DNA of 53,243 nucleotides, filler included, from Bipalium vagum (taxonomy: Eukaryota), in NCBI GenBank assembly GCA_037834085.1. It is 3 parts of 3 records of this genome, joined end to end, with 100 filler letters (N's around TTAATTAATTAA, not from the genome) between each part and the next. Parts side by side here need not be neighbours in the genome. Positions count along the whole stretch, not along the records: positions 1 to 17,800 come from JBBMKC010050807.1; 2 more parts are not named here. One strand, written 5' to 3'. Below, in pieces: positions 1-11,859 of this stretch (positions are counted from its first letter, which is position 1; the number at the start of each line of letters is the position of its first letter). A model generated the notes under the pieces. That model was not told the DNA's origin. It ran no database searches and worked only from the letters and a program-made list of their open reading frames with translations. Position numbers and translations under genes: made by a program.

Positions 1-46
1 TTATTGAATATATATATTTGGTTAATTAGTTGTTTATTTTTTTGAA

Positions 47-77
47 AAACGGCGGGAACTTAGTTGCCAACCTAATA
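47..77. mobile_element. Mariner terminal inverted repeat (end of an element extending off the left edge of the window)
   Basis: AAACGGCGGGAACTTAGTTGCCAACCTAATA is the reverse complement of a TATTAGGTTGG-type mariner TIR and ends in the TA target dinucleotide. Confidence 0.65.
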
Positions 78-155
78 GATTGCGCGACGTGTGGTCTGGC
101 GTTATCATGGAGAAGCAGTGTACCCTTTCTATTGACCAAGGGTGGGTTGATGGCC
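78..155 (-). mobile_element. Mariner transposase fragment
   Basis: Minus strand translates to PPLVNRKGTLLLHDNARPHVAQ, which contains the HDNARPH motif (second catalytic Asp of DD34D). Confidence 0.8.
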
Positions 156-2104
156 TTCAGTTTAGTTTTCAGTAATAGAAAAGTAATATTTATTTATATA
201 TTTGGAATAAATATAAACATCAATATACGTGGTATGAATAAAAAGTCCCTAGACTCGTACAGAAATAAAATTTAGTTACTTTTTACATAACAATATTAAT
301 ATATATAAGAAAATATTATTAAAGCTGCTTTAAATAATAAAGGCCTAATAACACTTTTGTTGTCGCTCTCTTTAAAAATGTACCTGCAAGTGTAACTCAT
401 TTTTTTGCTTCTGAAGAGATCAAAGAAGGACATTATTTGTAAATCACCTGAAAATATGGAAATGAAACTACATGTAATGCTACTATTTATAATAGGATCA
501 GAAATTTTTTTCTGGCAGGAAAAATGAATTTGATGAAGAAAGAATTGAACGATCAAATAAATTTGGTAAAGAGAAAATTTAAAAATTAAATATTATTGTG
601 ACAAGAGATATGAATTACCAAGAGAGCTCTATACTGGTGTTTATTTAAACATTTGACTGTACAGAACATGGTTGAAAAATATGCAGTCAATTTATCCCAT
701 CTTATCAACAGAAGATATATAAAATGTGGATACAAATATCAAGGATATAGCATTATTGTAAGACAATTTTAAAATTTGTTATCCAGTAATTATAAAACAT
801 AATTGAAATAAAATTTAAAATAATTGATGATAAGTGTGAATTGGTGATTTTAATAATGAAAAATAATAATTTCACGATTTACTTAAAATAAGTTTAACTT
901 AAATTTGATATTTAATAGATGAATTCACATAGTAACAACAAAGAAAGCGATTTTTGGTATGATTTTTAGATGAAGATATAAAAAAATTATTATAAAAAAA
1001 ATTTACATTCGATATTTAAAATTTTAATAATGGTCCAAACTCAAAATTATATTGATTGTGTAAAATATATTGATTATATGTTCTAAAAACAGTTTTAAAA
1101 CTAGAATTCCAATATTTTAAAGATGTGAAGAAAGAAAGATTTTATAAAAATGAATTTAATAACAAAGACCAGAAGTGTAAAGAAATAATACTTAATGCTA
1201 TCTTATCTGGAAGAGGTTAAGAAATTCAGCTACTGAATAAATTAGAGAAAACTAAAATATTATTTTTATAGTTTTAAATTAAAAAATCAACGTATGAAAA
1301 TGTTTTTACTAGAAGACATTATATAAATGTTCAGTTATATATTTATCTTAATAATTTTTTGATTTACCTTTAGGTATTAGAAATAATTATATCTTAATTT
1401 TATTTGAAATTTCAAAACGAAATAAAAGTCAAATGATGAACCTTGAGGATTCTTATCAGGATTGAAAGTGATCTTGTTATGTAAATGATTAACTTCATCC
1501 GACCTAAACTGTTGAATCAGGCTGTTTGACGCATTATTAGTCGGATTAGAAAATCAGCATAAGGATTGAGTCTTCTTAACAGCGATGATTGTCAAAGAAT
1601 AAATCATTTTTTGAATACTTAGAAGTCGTATTTTTCTTAATAACTCAAACTATAATGAACGACAGAGTATTTCAATACCTTAAATTTGAATTTGTAAGGT
1701 AAAGGAAAAAGGCTTACAAAAAGTGGAGGAAGTTTCGAACGAAAATTAAATTTATTTCTGAAGATGTTGAAACTTTTTGAAAATATAAAAATTAGATTGA
1801 ATATAATAAATGAAGAGAAAATTAATTGTAAGTCATTTACGGAAATGGTTACTGTAATTAATTTACCTATAGATTTCAGGAGCTTGATGAAGTTTTTATT
1901 GTATCTACTAACTTACAACTTAAGTTTAATATTACATCTTTGCCAGAAATATGGATAGCAGAAATGCAAATGAAGCGTCTGGAAATCCAGAATAAAATTA
2001 TGTGTATAAAATCTTCAACAAATGGTACTACGGATTCAAGAGAATGAAAGAACCACCTCACAGGACATTATATTTAAATGTTGACTTTTTCTCAACTAGC
2101 TATA

Positions 2105-3290
2105 TACTAGGTTGGCCGGAAAGTCTTTGTGCACAATTAGTTACTAATTTTACATTAATATTTTAAAGTAAATCACATTTTTGTTTTGTTACATGTTATA
2201 TATTATTTTAGAGCGCGGTTTTCATATAACGTGATATTATTTTAAAATTTAAAGATTTAAGTTCTTTTAAACATTTATCTAGCTTGAAATGAATGAACAT
2301 AAAATACCAAATCGTGTACTTTTGCACCAATATTGGAAAAAAGGAGCAAGTACAAACATGCAGCCGAACAAAATTTTGAATTTGAAGGTATAGGTATAGT
2401 CCACAGAAATAACGCGACAAACAGGCTTAAGTGCATCAATGATGGTGACAAACCACGACTTCAATAATGAGGCATTATGCGTCGCTTTAGAAAAAACCAC
2501 ATTTTTGTTGCAGAGAATTGTCGACAACACTCTATTTCTAAGTTAACCGTCTATAAAAATGTAATTCACCTGAATTATGAAACAAGATTCACATCAATTG
2601 ACAGTTGAGCAACCAAAAAAACGAGTTGAAATTTAAAATCAGCTCCTTCAAAAATTAGTTTCCAATATTTTTTGAAACGAGTTGTTACGTGGGATGAAAA
2701 ATGGAAATTTTTACATAATCCTCATAACCAACTATAATGGATTTCACAAGAACACAGGCTTTATCAGAGGTACGACAGGATCGTTTCGGAAACAAAGTAA
2801 TGTGTGTTTAGTGGAATTTCGAAGGTATTATACATTTTAACTTGTTCCAAGTGGTAGATTTGTAGACGGTCGTCTTTATGCTGAGCAAATTGATTGAGTA
2901 TACAACGTTTTCAGCAATCATTATCCAGTTTTAGTGGCTAAAAGGCGCCTAATTTATCAGCATAATAATGCTCTTGCACGCCGCTCTCGTGTAGCTCAAC
3001 AAAAATTGAAGGAATTAGTGGAAATAGAAGTTTTACTGCATCCTTCGTATAGTCCAGATATCACACCATCAGATTACGGATTATTCCGTTCCATGGTTGC
3101 TTTCTTACGTGGTAGGCAGGTCAATACATTTAACAAGGTAGAATCGGTATGCCATGAGTTTTTACCCCTGAACCGAAGGAATGGTGTGTATGATAATTTG
3201 TATCTTGAAGAATGATGTCGTTTTGTTTTGTAAAATTCTTTGTTAAATAAATGTTGACTTTATTCACAATACTTTTCGGACAACCTCGTA
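2105..3290 (+). mobile_element. Near full-length decayed mariner (DD34D) transposon
   Basis: Imperfect TIRs TACTAGGTTGGCCGGAAAGT / ACTTTTCGGACAACCTCGTA. Motifs VTWDEKW (~2683), HNNA and LHPSYSPDITPSDYGLF (ORF 2934-3215). Stops and frameshifts throughout. Confidence 0.9.
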
Positions 3291-5640
3291 TAATACAATA
3301 CCAGGGGATTTGGTTTTTGACTCTTCACTCTTTTCGTATCAATCTATATAATTACGAATATTTCTTCTCTTCAATGAATTATAATCAAAATAAATAGAGG
3401 CAAACTGTGCGACAAAAGTTTGAAAACCAAATTAATAATAAAATCCACAACCCCCATTTCAATAAACTGGACAATAACAAACAAAATACTTGTTACTTTT
3501 TTTGTTTGCATTAATTTACTTTACAATATAAATTTGTCTCAATATTATATATTTTATATTTGTATGTCTAGTAACTACAAAATTTAGAAAAATTCAATGT
3601 TATCTCTAAATATATAACATTTTACAGGTTGCTTTTTTGACCTACTTTGCTGCTTACCGTGTTTTCTTACTTTAAAGAAAACTTTCAATAAAAGTGGAGC
3701 CCCCAATTTTAGCCGGCCCACATCTTGGGTTTATTTTAATTAATCGATTATTAGTAATATTAATATAACAGGTTTATTTATAAAAAAATTAGGTAAGAGT
3801 TTGACTTATGAAATGTGAAAATAATTGAAGTATAATTTATAATAATAAAGAGGACTACTTGAAACAAAATAAAAATGACTTTTTTAAGAAGTTCCATCTA
3901 TAATAATAAGTCTTTAATATATTGAGCTCCACTGAAATTAGAAAAATATTGATTCAGACTCATGAAATTTTTGAGAAAATGACAGCGAATATAGTCGTCG
4001 AATTTAACTAAACTTATCATGAGAAATTCTAGCACTACATTTTTAAAATTATTGACAAAATTAATGTTTAAAGTTACCATTTTTTAAATAAAATAAACCT
4101 GTTTTTTAAAAAGTATTTTTTGTGATTAAATTTAACAATGAGTTACATATTTTTATCTTTATATATATATATATATTATATATATATATATAATCTTTAT
4201 ATAAGATAAAAGTTTTAATTTTTTTAAAAATTATATTTAAAATTTTTTTGATCAATTAGTCGCGTCTTGGTCCAAATTATGCAGCTGTAGAATTCCACGG
4301 GGTTTTCTTGCCATGTTCCGATTAAAATCTTAATTTTCTTTAATAAGCCGTTAGAAAGTCCAGTAAGAAAATATAATTGGATAAATTTACTAAAGATAAT
4401 TCTAAATGAGTCAACTTAGAATATCTCATTTAACAAATATTTTTAAAAATGATGTATCGCCTGGGTTATACTTGTCATAAATATTTATCAATAAATGAAT
4501 GGAGAAAAATTGATTTTACTATCAATGAAAAAATTTGAAAGAACAATGAGTTGATCATCAAATAAATTTTAATATGAATATTACTAAAGTTTTTTTGTAA
4601 TAAAAGGTTTTTCCATAAACAAAACATATTCTACTTTAGGTATTATGTTCTTGTCAATCATCAACATGACAAATTTCGAGTATAAATTAGAGTTTTCATT
4701 CTCAAGATTCAGTTGAATTAAGAACTAAAATAAATTGATCATTTATTCTGACACTTTTTTTGTGAATGAGTTTTAAGAACACATAAAGTGGAGATGAAAT
4801 TTTAGGTGCATACTTGATTGAACAGCTTTCGAAAAATGAAAAAGTTTATAGAATTTTAGGTCAAGACAATTCAAATCAAATCCAGTAATTACAAATGTAT
4901 CTAGAAATTTTTCATATATTATGTGATTTACGGTCTATTGTTATAATTTCGTTCATATTTCTCAAAAATATTATACAATCAATAATATTCTTATAGATGA
5001 AAATTGTTATAAGCCATTGATCAACATATTTCACTTCCCAAAAAATTTATTATAATATTGAGGATTATATAAAGCTTCTAAAAGTCAATAAGGGGTTTAT
5101 ATAAAATAATGAAACAAGAATTAATCCATTGAGGAAAAACTTTGATAAATGAACAGGTCTTAAGCTTTTGAGTATACGTTTAAAATTTTCGGTTTTATTA
5201 TCAATTCCAAAAAAATTAGTGCATTGCAGAACATTGAATGTTTTTTAAAGCACCATTTATGAAAAAAGGCTCCTGTGACCATTAAAGGAAGATTGAAAAA
5301 TGACTAAAGATTTACCAGTTACTAATCAATATTTATGTGTTATTAAGCATAATTTCCAATAACTTATTTTTATTTCTTTTCGATTTTTCCATTTAAATTT
5401 CTAATGTTTTATGAACATTGTTAATTTTTCTATTTTCTAAAAACTAATAATAACAAAGGTTTATAACTATTAATTAATCTCATTTCAAATACATATTTTA
5501 TCAGCTACATTGTTTAATTACACTAATTAAATTAATTTATTATTTTCATATCTCAAAATTTCGCTAATGAAAATTGAAAAGCAAGTTTACATTTTATACA
5601 TTGTATTGTAATAACATTTGTAATTTTACATGCCTTTAAT

Positions 5641-6618
5641 TTGTTATTTAGCATGTTTACAGATGACATACGACAAAGAATAATTGATGCCCTGATAAAG
5701 GAAATTTCGAATATACTAAATGTTAATTTATCAACGGTTTATTCCGTTTTGAAAATTTTTGTAAATGAAAATCGTATTGAGCATAAATTAAAAGGTGATG
5801 AAAGTGGGAAATCATTAAACACGGAACATATCAATGCATTAAAGTCTTTGATTGACGAAGATGCTGGCATAACTCTTAAAGCATTAAGATCTAGATTAAG
5901 GGAAAAGTTTAATATTTCAGTATGCGTGAAAACTGTGAATAATTACGTTAAAGGATTTTCTTATACATTTAATAATATCTTGTTAATGCCGGTAAGAAGA
6001 AATGATGAACGAGAAAAATATGCACAATGCTTTTTAAATACCTTATCATTATTTGATGAGTCCAAATTGTTCTTCGTTGATGAGGTAGGCTTCAATATAT
6101 CCATGCGCTCAAGAAATGGAATATCATTATGTGGAAAGAGAGCAATTCATGTCGTACGTGGATTGCTCTCACGTAACATCTCCGTCTGTTGCGCAATGAA
6201 TAAAAATGGAATTGTCCATTATCATGCACAGACGACTGCACATAACACGATTACATTTCAGGCGTTTATAACAGAATTAATAGCAAAAGATTTAATTCGA
6301 GAACATGGACCTGTGGTAATCATAATGGAAGATGTTCCATTCAACAAATCGACAGTCATACGTGAAATGGTAGAAGAAAGGGGTCATAAGGTATTGTTTT
6401 TGACTCCTTATTCTCCGTTTCTAAATCCTATTGAGAACTTATTCTCAAAATGCAAACAAAGCATCAGACAAGTTCGTCCTGATAATGAAAAAGATTTATT
6501 TGGATTGATCGACAACGTAGGAAATTTAATAGGCGCTGATGATTGTAATTCTTATTACAGACACATTTTTAAATTCCTAAAAAAATGTTTTAATAAGGAG
6601 CTCGTCTATGATGATTAA
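5641..6618 (+). mobile_element. Tc1/IS630-like (DDE_3) transposase ORF, 325 aa, uninterrupted
   Basis: N-terminal HTH-like region, FFVDEVGF (first D), VIIMEDVPFNK (second D position reads E), LFLTPYSPFLNPIENLF (E), with 34-residue spacing. TIRs not identified. Confidence 0.9.
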
Positions 6619-7705
6619 ATGTTTATATGTAAATATATGTAATATATATTTTTAAAATTGATTTACAAAAATTTGAAATGAGGTTATAAACCCTGTATTA
6701 TAAAACTTTATAATTTAATTAGATTGTAAAATTTTTAAAATATGTTCTAATTTGTAAGGTTGTTTTTTCAAATCTTTAATTCAAGTTTATTCAAATAAAA
6801 GATTAATTTTCAGTGACCTTTAAACTTTACAAGTTAGTTTTGATAATATCCTCATGTTACACATTAGAACTAAAAAATGCTCACTTTCCAAAAATAAATT
6901 AATTAGTAATATTTTAATAAAGATCAATAAACCAAAGGTCCTTCAATAAAGATCTCTGACTCAAGCTTATGAAATGAATGCTAGCAGAAAAACATGATTC
7001 TTTAAAGATCAATAAAAAAAAGTCAAAAATCGATTTTCAAAAAATCGTTTTATTTCATAAAATAATTTCTTAATTAACTGAATATATCAATAATACATCA
7101 CTTCATAACCACTTATAATAATTTTGAAACAGAATGGTTATTATTATTCTTCTATAATAACAAGTTTTATTTACTACAATAAGAAAAGAAATTACTAAAA
7201 AAAAAGTAAAAATTAACAAAAATAATGATGAATGCAAAGTAACTCTTAAAAACCCAATACCAATTAGATTAAATGAAATTTTATCGCTATTAAGAAATAA
7301 AATTCAGATTTTCTTTAGCTTTTTTTAAAAATTTATTGTTTAACCATCTGTTATGTCTTGTATTAAATCGAGTAAACTAGGAAATTTTAAATTTTTTCCT
7401 AAATCTTCTGGTACTTTCCTTCTAGGCTTTTACCCCCACAAAATGATTTAAAATCCTGCTTTTTAGATAAAAAGTCATAATCTTTTTGCGCTTTCTAAAA
7501 ATAAAATAATTTTTCTTTGGAAATATAGAATTATAATTTCTCTGCCTTATTTTTGAATTACAGTAAATTCCTGTTTCAGCATATATGTTTCCAAGATATC
7601 TACATTCACCCAACAGATCAATGCAACCTTTTTTGGAAGTTTAAATTTTTAGAAACAGAATCTTAGATGCATAATTTCTCAACCATTAATCACACATGAC
7701 AAATG

Positions 7706-8986
7706 TACGTGGTGCGTCGTCCAATAAGTCCGTGCAATAACTAGGAAAACAATTTAATGGAAACACTCAACTTTTACACAGTAACATAACATCATTTTTC
7801 GACATGAGTCATTTACATCGATACACTTTTGCCAGCACTGGATCAGTTCTAAGAATGCACTTTCGAAGAAATCTGAGGACTGATCACGCGAGAAACTCTC
7901 CACCTCTTCTCTCAGATCTTCAGCATTAGCAAAATGTTTACCACACAAAAATCTCTTCATATACCTAAAGAGATAAAAATTGCTGGAGGCAAGGTCTGGA
8001 TTGGGGATGGTCTAATAGGTCGAATCCACACTTTCCTCTAGAATTCGCATGGATGCTGGGATTTATGGATTGGTGCATAGTACTGGAGAAACAACATTGG
8101 AATGCTCCTTTATTTTCGTCGAGCACCTCGGCATTTGTACACGAGATCAGAATAGTATGCAGAGTTGAGCATGGTCTTTTTTTCAGCAAAATCGACAAGA
8201 AAAACACCATGAAAATTCCAAAAAATGCTCAGCATCAAATATTTTCTGTTGAAGTTTCCAGATCTCATCTTCCTGAAACTTGATTCTGCAGGAAATTTCC
8301 ATTCACTTGACTCGAGTTTAGATTATGGAAGATGCAGACTGAGAGTTGTTTCATCTTGCATGATGATATATCTTAGAAATGCCTCACAATGTCGTTGGAA
8401 AAGGAGGTTTGCCTGAGAGCATCCAGGCACTTCTCACACATCTGATGATAAAAAGCGGGGAATAAATCTAGACGCCAGCTTTTTCACTCTAAATTTTTGC
8501 AGGATTGCTTATATGGTTTCTTTGCTCGCACTAACAACATCAGCCAGTGCTCGCGTTGTGATTCGACAATCTTCTCGAAATTAAGATTCACATTTTCTTT
8601 TATCTTTAAAGAAATTTCACATGGGTGTCTAGTCCCTTGGTCATCAAAAATTGACTGTCTCTCCTGTTTAAACAGTGCAATCTACGTGTACATTGTTTTT
8701 CGTGAAGAAAAATCCTCGCCATATGTCCCCCCCAATTGGGAAAAAAATTTGTCATTTGGAATATGGCGTAATATCAGGAGGTTTATAAATATGTGATATT
8801 CCACTGCATTAACCATGACTTGCACTAAATTACAAAATCCCGCGAATGCCAATATAAGCGGTAATGATAACTTAAAACAAACTACACAAATTAAACATAA
8901 CAATATAGCGACAATAAAAATTTCATTGCATGACAAAATATGTTTCCTTCGCACATATTACACAGACTTACCGGAAACATCACATA
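7706..8986 (-). mobile_element. Full-length decayed mariner transposon (~1.28 kb)
   Basis: TIR pair TACGTGGTGCGTC(GTC)CAATAAGTCCGTGCAATA / TATTACACAGACTTACCGGAAACATCACATA. Minus-strand fragments include the N-terminal HTH region (8682-8954) and C-terminal KRFLCGKHF...ELIQCWQKCID (7754-7960). Confidence 0.88.
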
Positions 8987-9880
8987 TATTCCTGATTAAG
9001 TCATAAAAAAATTCCAATATTTAATTTTGCTGAAATTTGTGAATAGTTTTCCATATAAAAGTTTGTCTAGCAAATAGGATTTGAAATTCACTAGTAAGCT
9101 ACTGACAAATTTTGCTTCCATCTTTCATTTTTGTACCAATGGATTCACCATATTTAAAAATTGTATCACTGGTTTTTTCATGATCATTAATTTACTAGTA
9201 TTTGGAAGTACAATAAATCAGTGAAAAATTAAAAAAAATTTCTGAATGTAGAAAACCCAGAAGGTTAAATATTAAAATTCAGACGAATGAACTCCTTTCA
9301 ATTCAACGGGAATTTAAATTTCTGTACGAAGAGAAGTGCTGTTTCATGATAATGAATAGAAGCACAGATCTACTCATGTAAACTGATATCACATTCACCA
9401 TTCCCTCCAGACTTAGGTCCGTTTGTTTTTTCTGGTCTCCAAACATGAAAAGATAGATTCCGTGTAAAAAATGTAATTCAAATGCTAAAGTAAGCACCTA
9501 TTTAGATTGATTTCTAGATAGAAATAATAAAGAAACTTGAAAATTGTTGGGTTAAGTTCATGGAGGTGTTTGAATATCAATAATATTATTCATATTTGCA
9601 AACAAAATTTTTTTGTTATCTTCGTAAATAAATGTAATCATTAAAAGTCAATAAGTTACTTTCTTAATTATTACCGTTTAACAAAAATTAAAAATTACCT
9701 TAAGTAAATTTAATTTTAAACGAATTTGAATTAAAATTCAGTTGTTTTAGCCAAAAATTTTTAAAAAGACATTGAAATATGTAACTTATTTGTTTTGAAA
9801 TATTCATTTAGAAAAACAACGGCGTGATATTTAAATGTGATTAGAATAAATCTTAGTAACTTTAATACAAACAAACTTAC

Positions 9881-10061
9881 CAACATATTGTCGAATACTG
9901 ACAATAGAAATAAAAATCACAATCAATCCACTTGTAAATTGATAATTCAACTGATCTGCAAAATCCACTCCCTCTCCGCCATAGGCAGTTTTGAATAGTC
10001 GACCAATTTTGAATACAAATCCACTTTCCATGAGACCTCCACCACCAGTTCCTCTTGTCAT
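9881..10061 (-). CDS. Innexin (invertebrate gap-junction protein), first coding exon
   Basis: Translates to MTRGTGGGGLMESGFVFKIGRLFKTAYGGEGVDFADQLNYQFTSGLIVIFISIVSIRQYVG. DFxDxLNY, TM1 and QYVG are innexin hallmarks. Canonical donor G|GTAAGT at 9881/9880. Downstream exons not found in this contig. Confidence 0.9.
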
Positions 10062-11859
10062 TATTTACTTATTCCAAGAAAGCACAATAATTTTAGGAAT
10101 TATGAAAAAATCAATTGTCAATTGAAGATTAATCAAAAAAGGCCTGATTGTCAATTGTGGTGACATGGTGGTGTTTCAAAAGATATGATTTGAAAAATGG
10201 TCAGAAAACCATTAAGCCAAGTTGCACAGTGGTAAATACTTTAGTAAAATTCAATTTTTCACAACAGTATTTACGGATAATTTGAGCCACAAATCAATAA
10301 TAATATTCAATCTAACATGGAGGGTACGAGTTGCAATGTGTTATTCAAAATATGCAGCAGTACACGACTGAGGCAACCAGCAAGAGATAATTTCATACCT
10401 AAAGTGAGTAGCGAAAGCTGAGTATGCAAACTTTGAAGACGCAGTGTTATTGGAATTTTGTCATTTCCACGTCATTGGTGTGTGTGTCTTTTCAGAAATG
10501 CTCGTGTACGTGTGGCTGTGTGTGTGGCTGTATTTTCATATTTTTTCCACGGACACCGTGTGTTAATACAATGGAAAGATTAAAACGTCATCAATTACAA
10601 AAATGTAGCGATTTAAAACTTAATGGATGAGGGGATATGGAAACTCTGCTGGCTATAGATACATATACACACAAACAATGAAAGTAGTAGATTTTCTCCT
10701 CGGTATGTGTGTATTCTGCCATATTACCCCGTGTGTATGCGTGTGTGGTATATTGTTGATAAAATTCTGGATGATCTTTTGTAATTGTTTAACAGGTTTA
10801 CTATCTCTATGATATGTCTACACGTCCTCCAAGAATTTTTTTCTTGCAAGAAATATGTACAAACAATTTTCTCTGAATTTTCCTGGAGTTTGCGAACTTC
10901 TCAATTCCAGTTTTATTTTTCTGTGCCTTGTGGGGTTAGAAATAAATTTTTATAATAATTCTCTGTTGATTTCACCAGTTTTTGTATGGGATGAAATAGC
11001 ATTTATAAATGGTTTATATATTCAATGTAGTTTTAAAAAAATAGTGTGAATATGATAGTAAAAAAAATTCTAACTGTTGTCATCTGAATTTTATATTAGC
11101 TGATGTGGAATGATGTTCGATGGGAAAGCTTTTGAAAAATGATAATAACATGATCCACTCCATTTTATCTGCTATAATTAATGGTTTTTATTCAGAAATT
11201 ATTATTTAGTATTGATTTTGTCTGTCTAAAAATAAATGCTATTAATATAATTGTTAGTGGTTGGAGGTTATCAATGTTTTCCAAATCTGTTGAATTAATT
11301 GAAGATAAAGTACAGATAAAGTAATGATTGTTTTGAATATTTTTTATGTTTTTCTGATTATAATTCAATACTTACAGTATTTTTCTAATTTTTTCTTAAA
11401 CTTAATTCGAGAATTTTATAAATTTACACTATATTTTCTTTAAAATTTTAATTTCAATACATAATTTGTGTTATCCTCATAATTAATGATTTAAATTAAA
11501 TATTTAAAATTACAATAATTAACAAACTAAAATTGACACAAAGGTGTTAAAACTGTAGAGTAAAAAAATATGCCAAATCGACATTCTGAATGATATAGTT
11601 AGAACACTAGCTTATATATTTTAAAAATAAGCATTACGTCTTTGGCAAAATTTTGTCTGAGTTAAGACAAATCAAGAATGGTTTCATGTATAAACATTGA
11701 ATCTTAGTCTAGAATAATGTACCTCTTCAACCCCATACTTGAATCATATGGATTATAAAATATGGTATTTTTTTACAGAAGATTTGGACTAAGTTTAGGG
11801 GTTTTAAGAATTATAAATTGTTTTATTAATATTTTGTTGGGTCGCCGAAGATCCAATCC

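Noticed and set aside
9303-9497. ORF as a candidate second innexin exon
   Set aside because: No frame gives the expected PIxCW/YCW extracellular-loop sequence.
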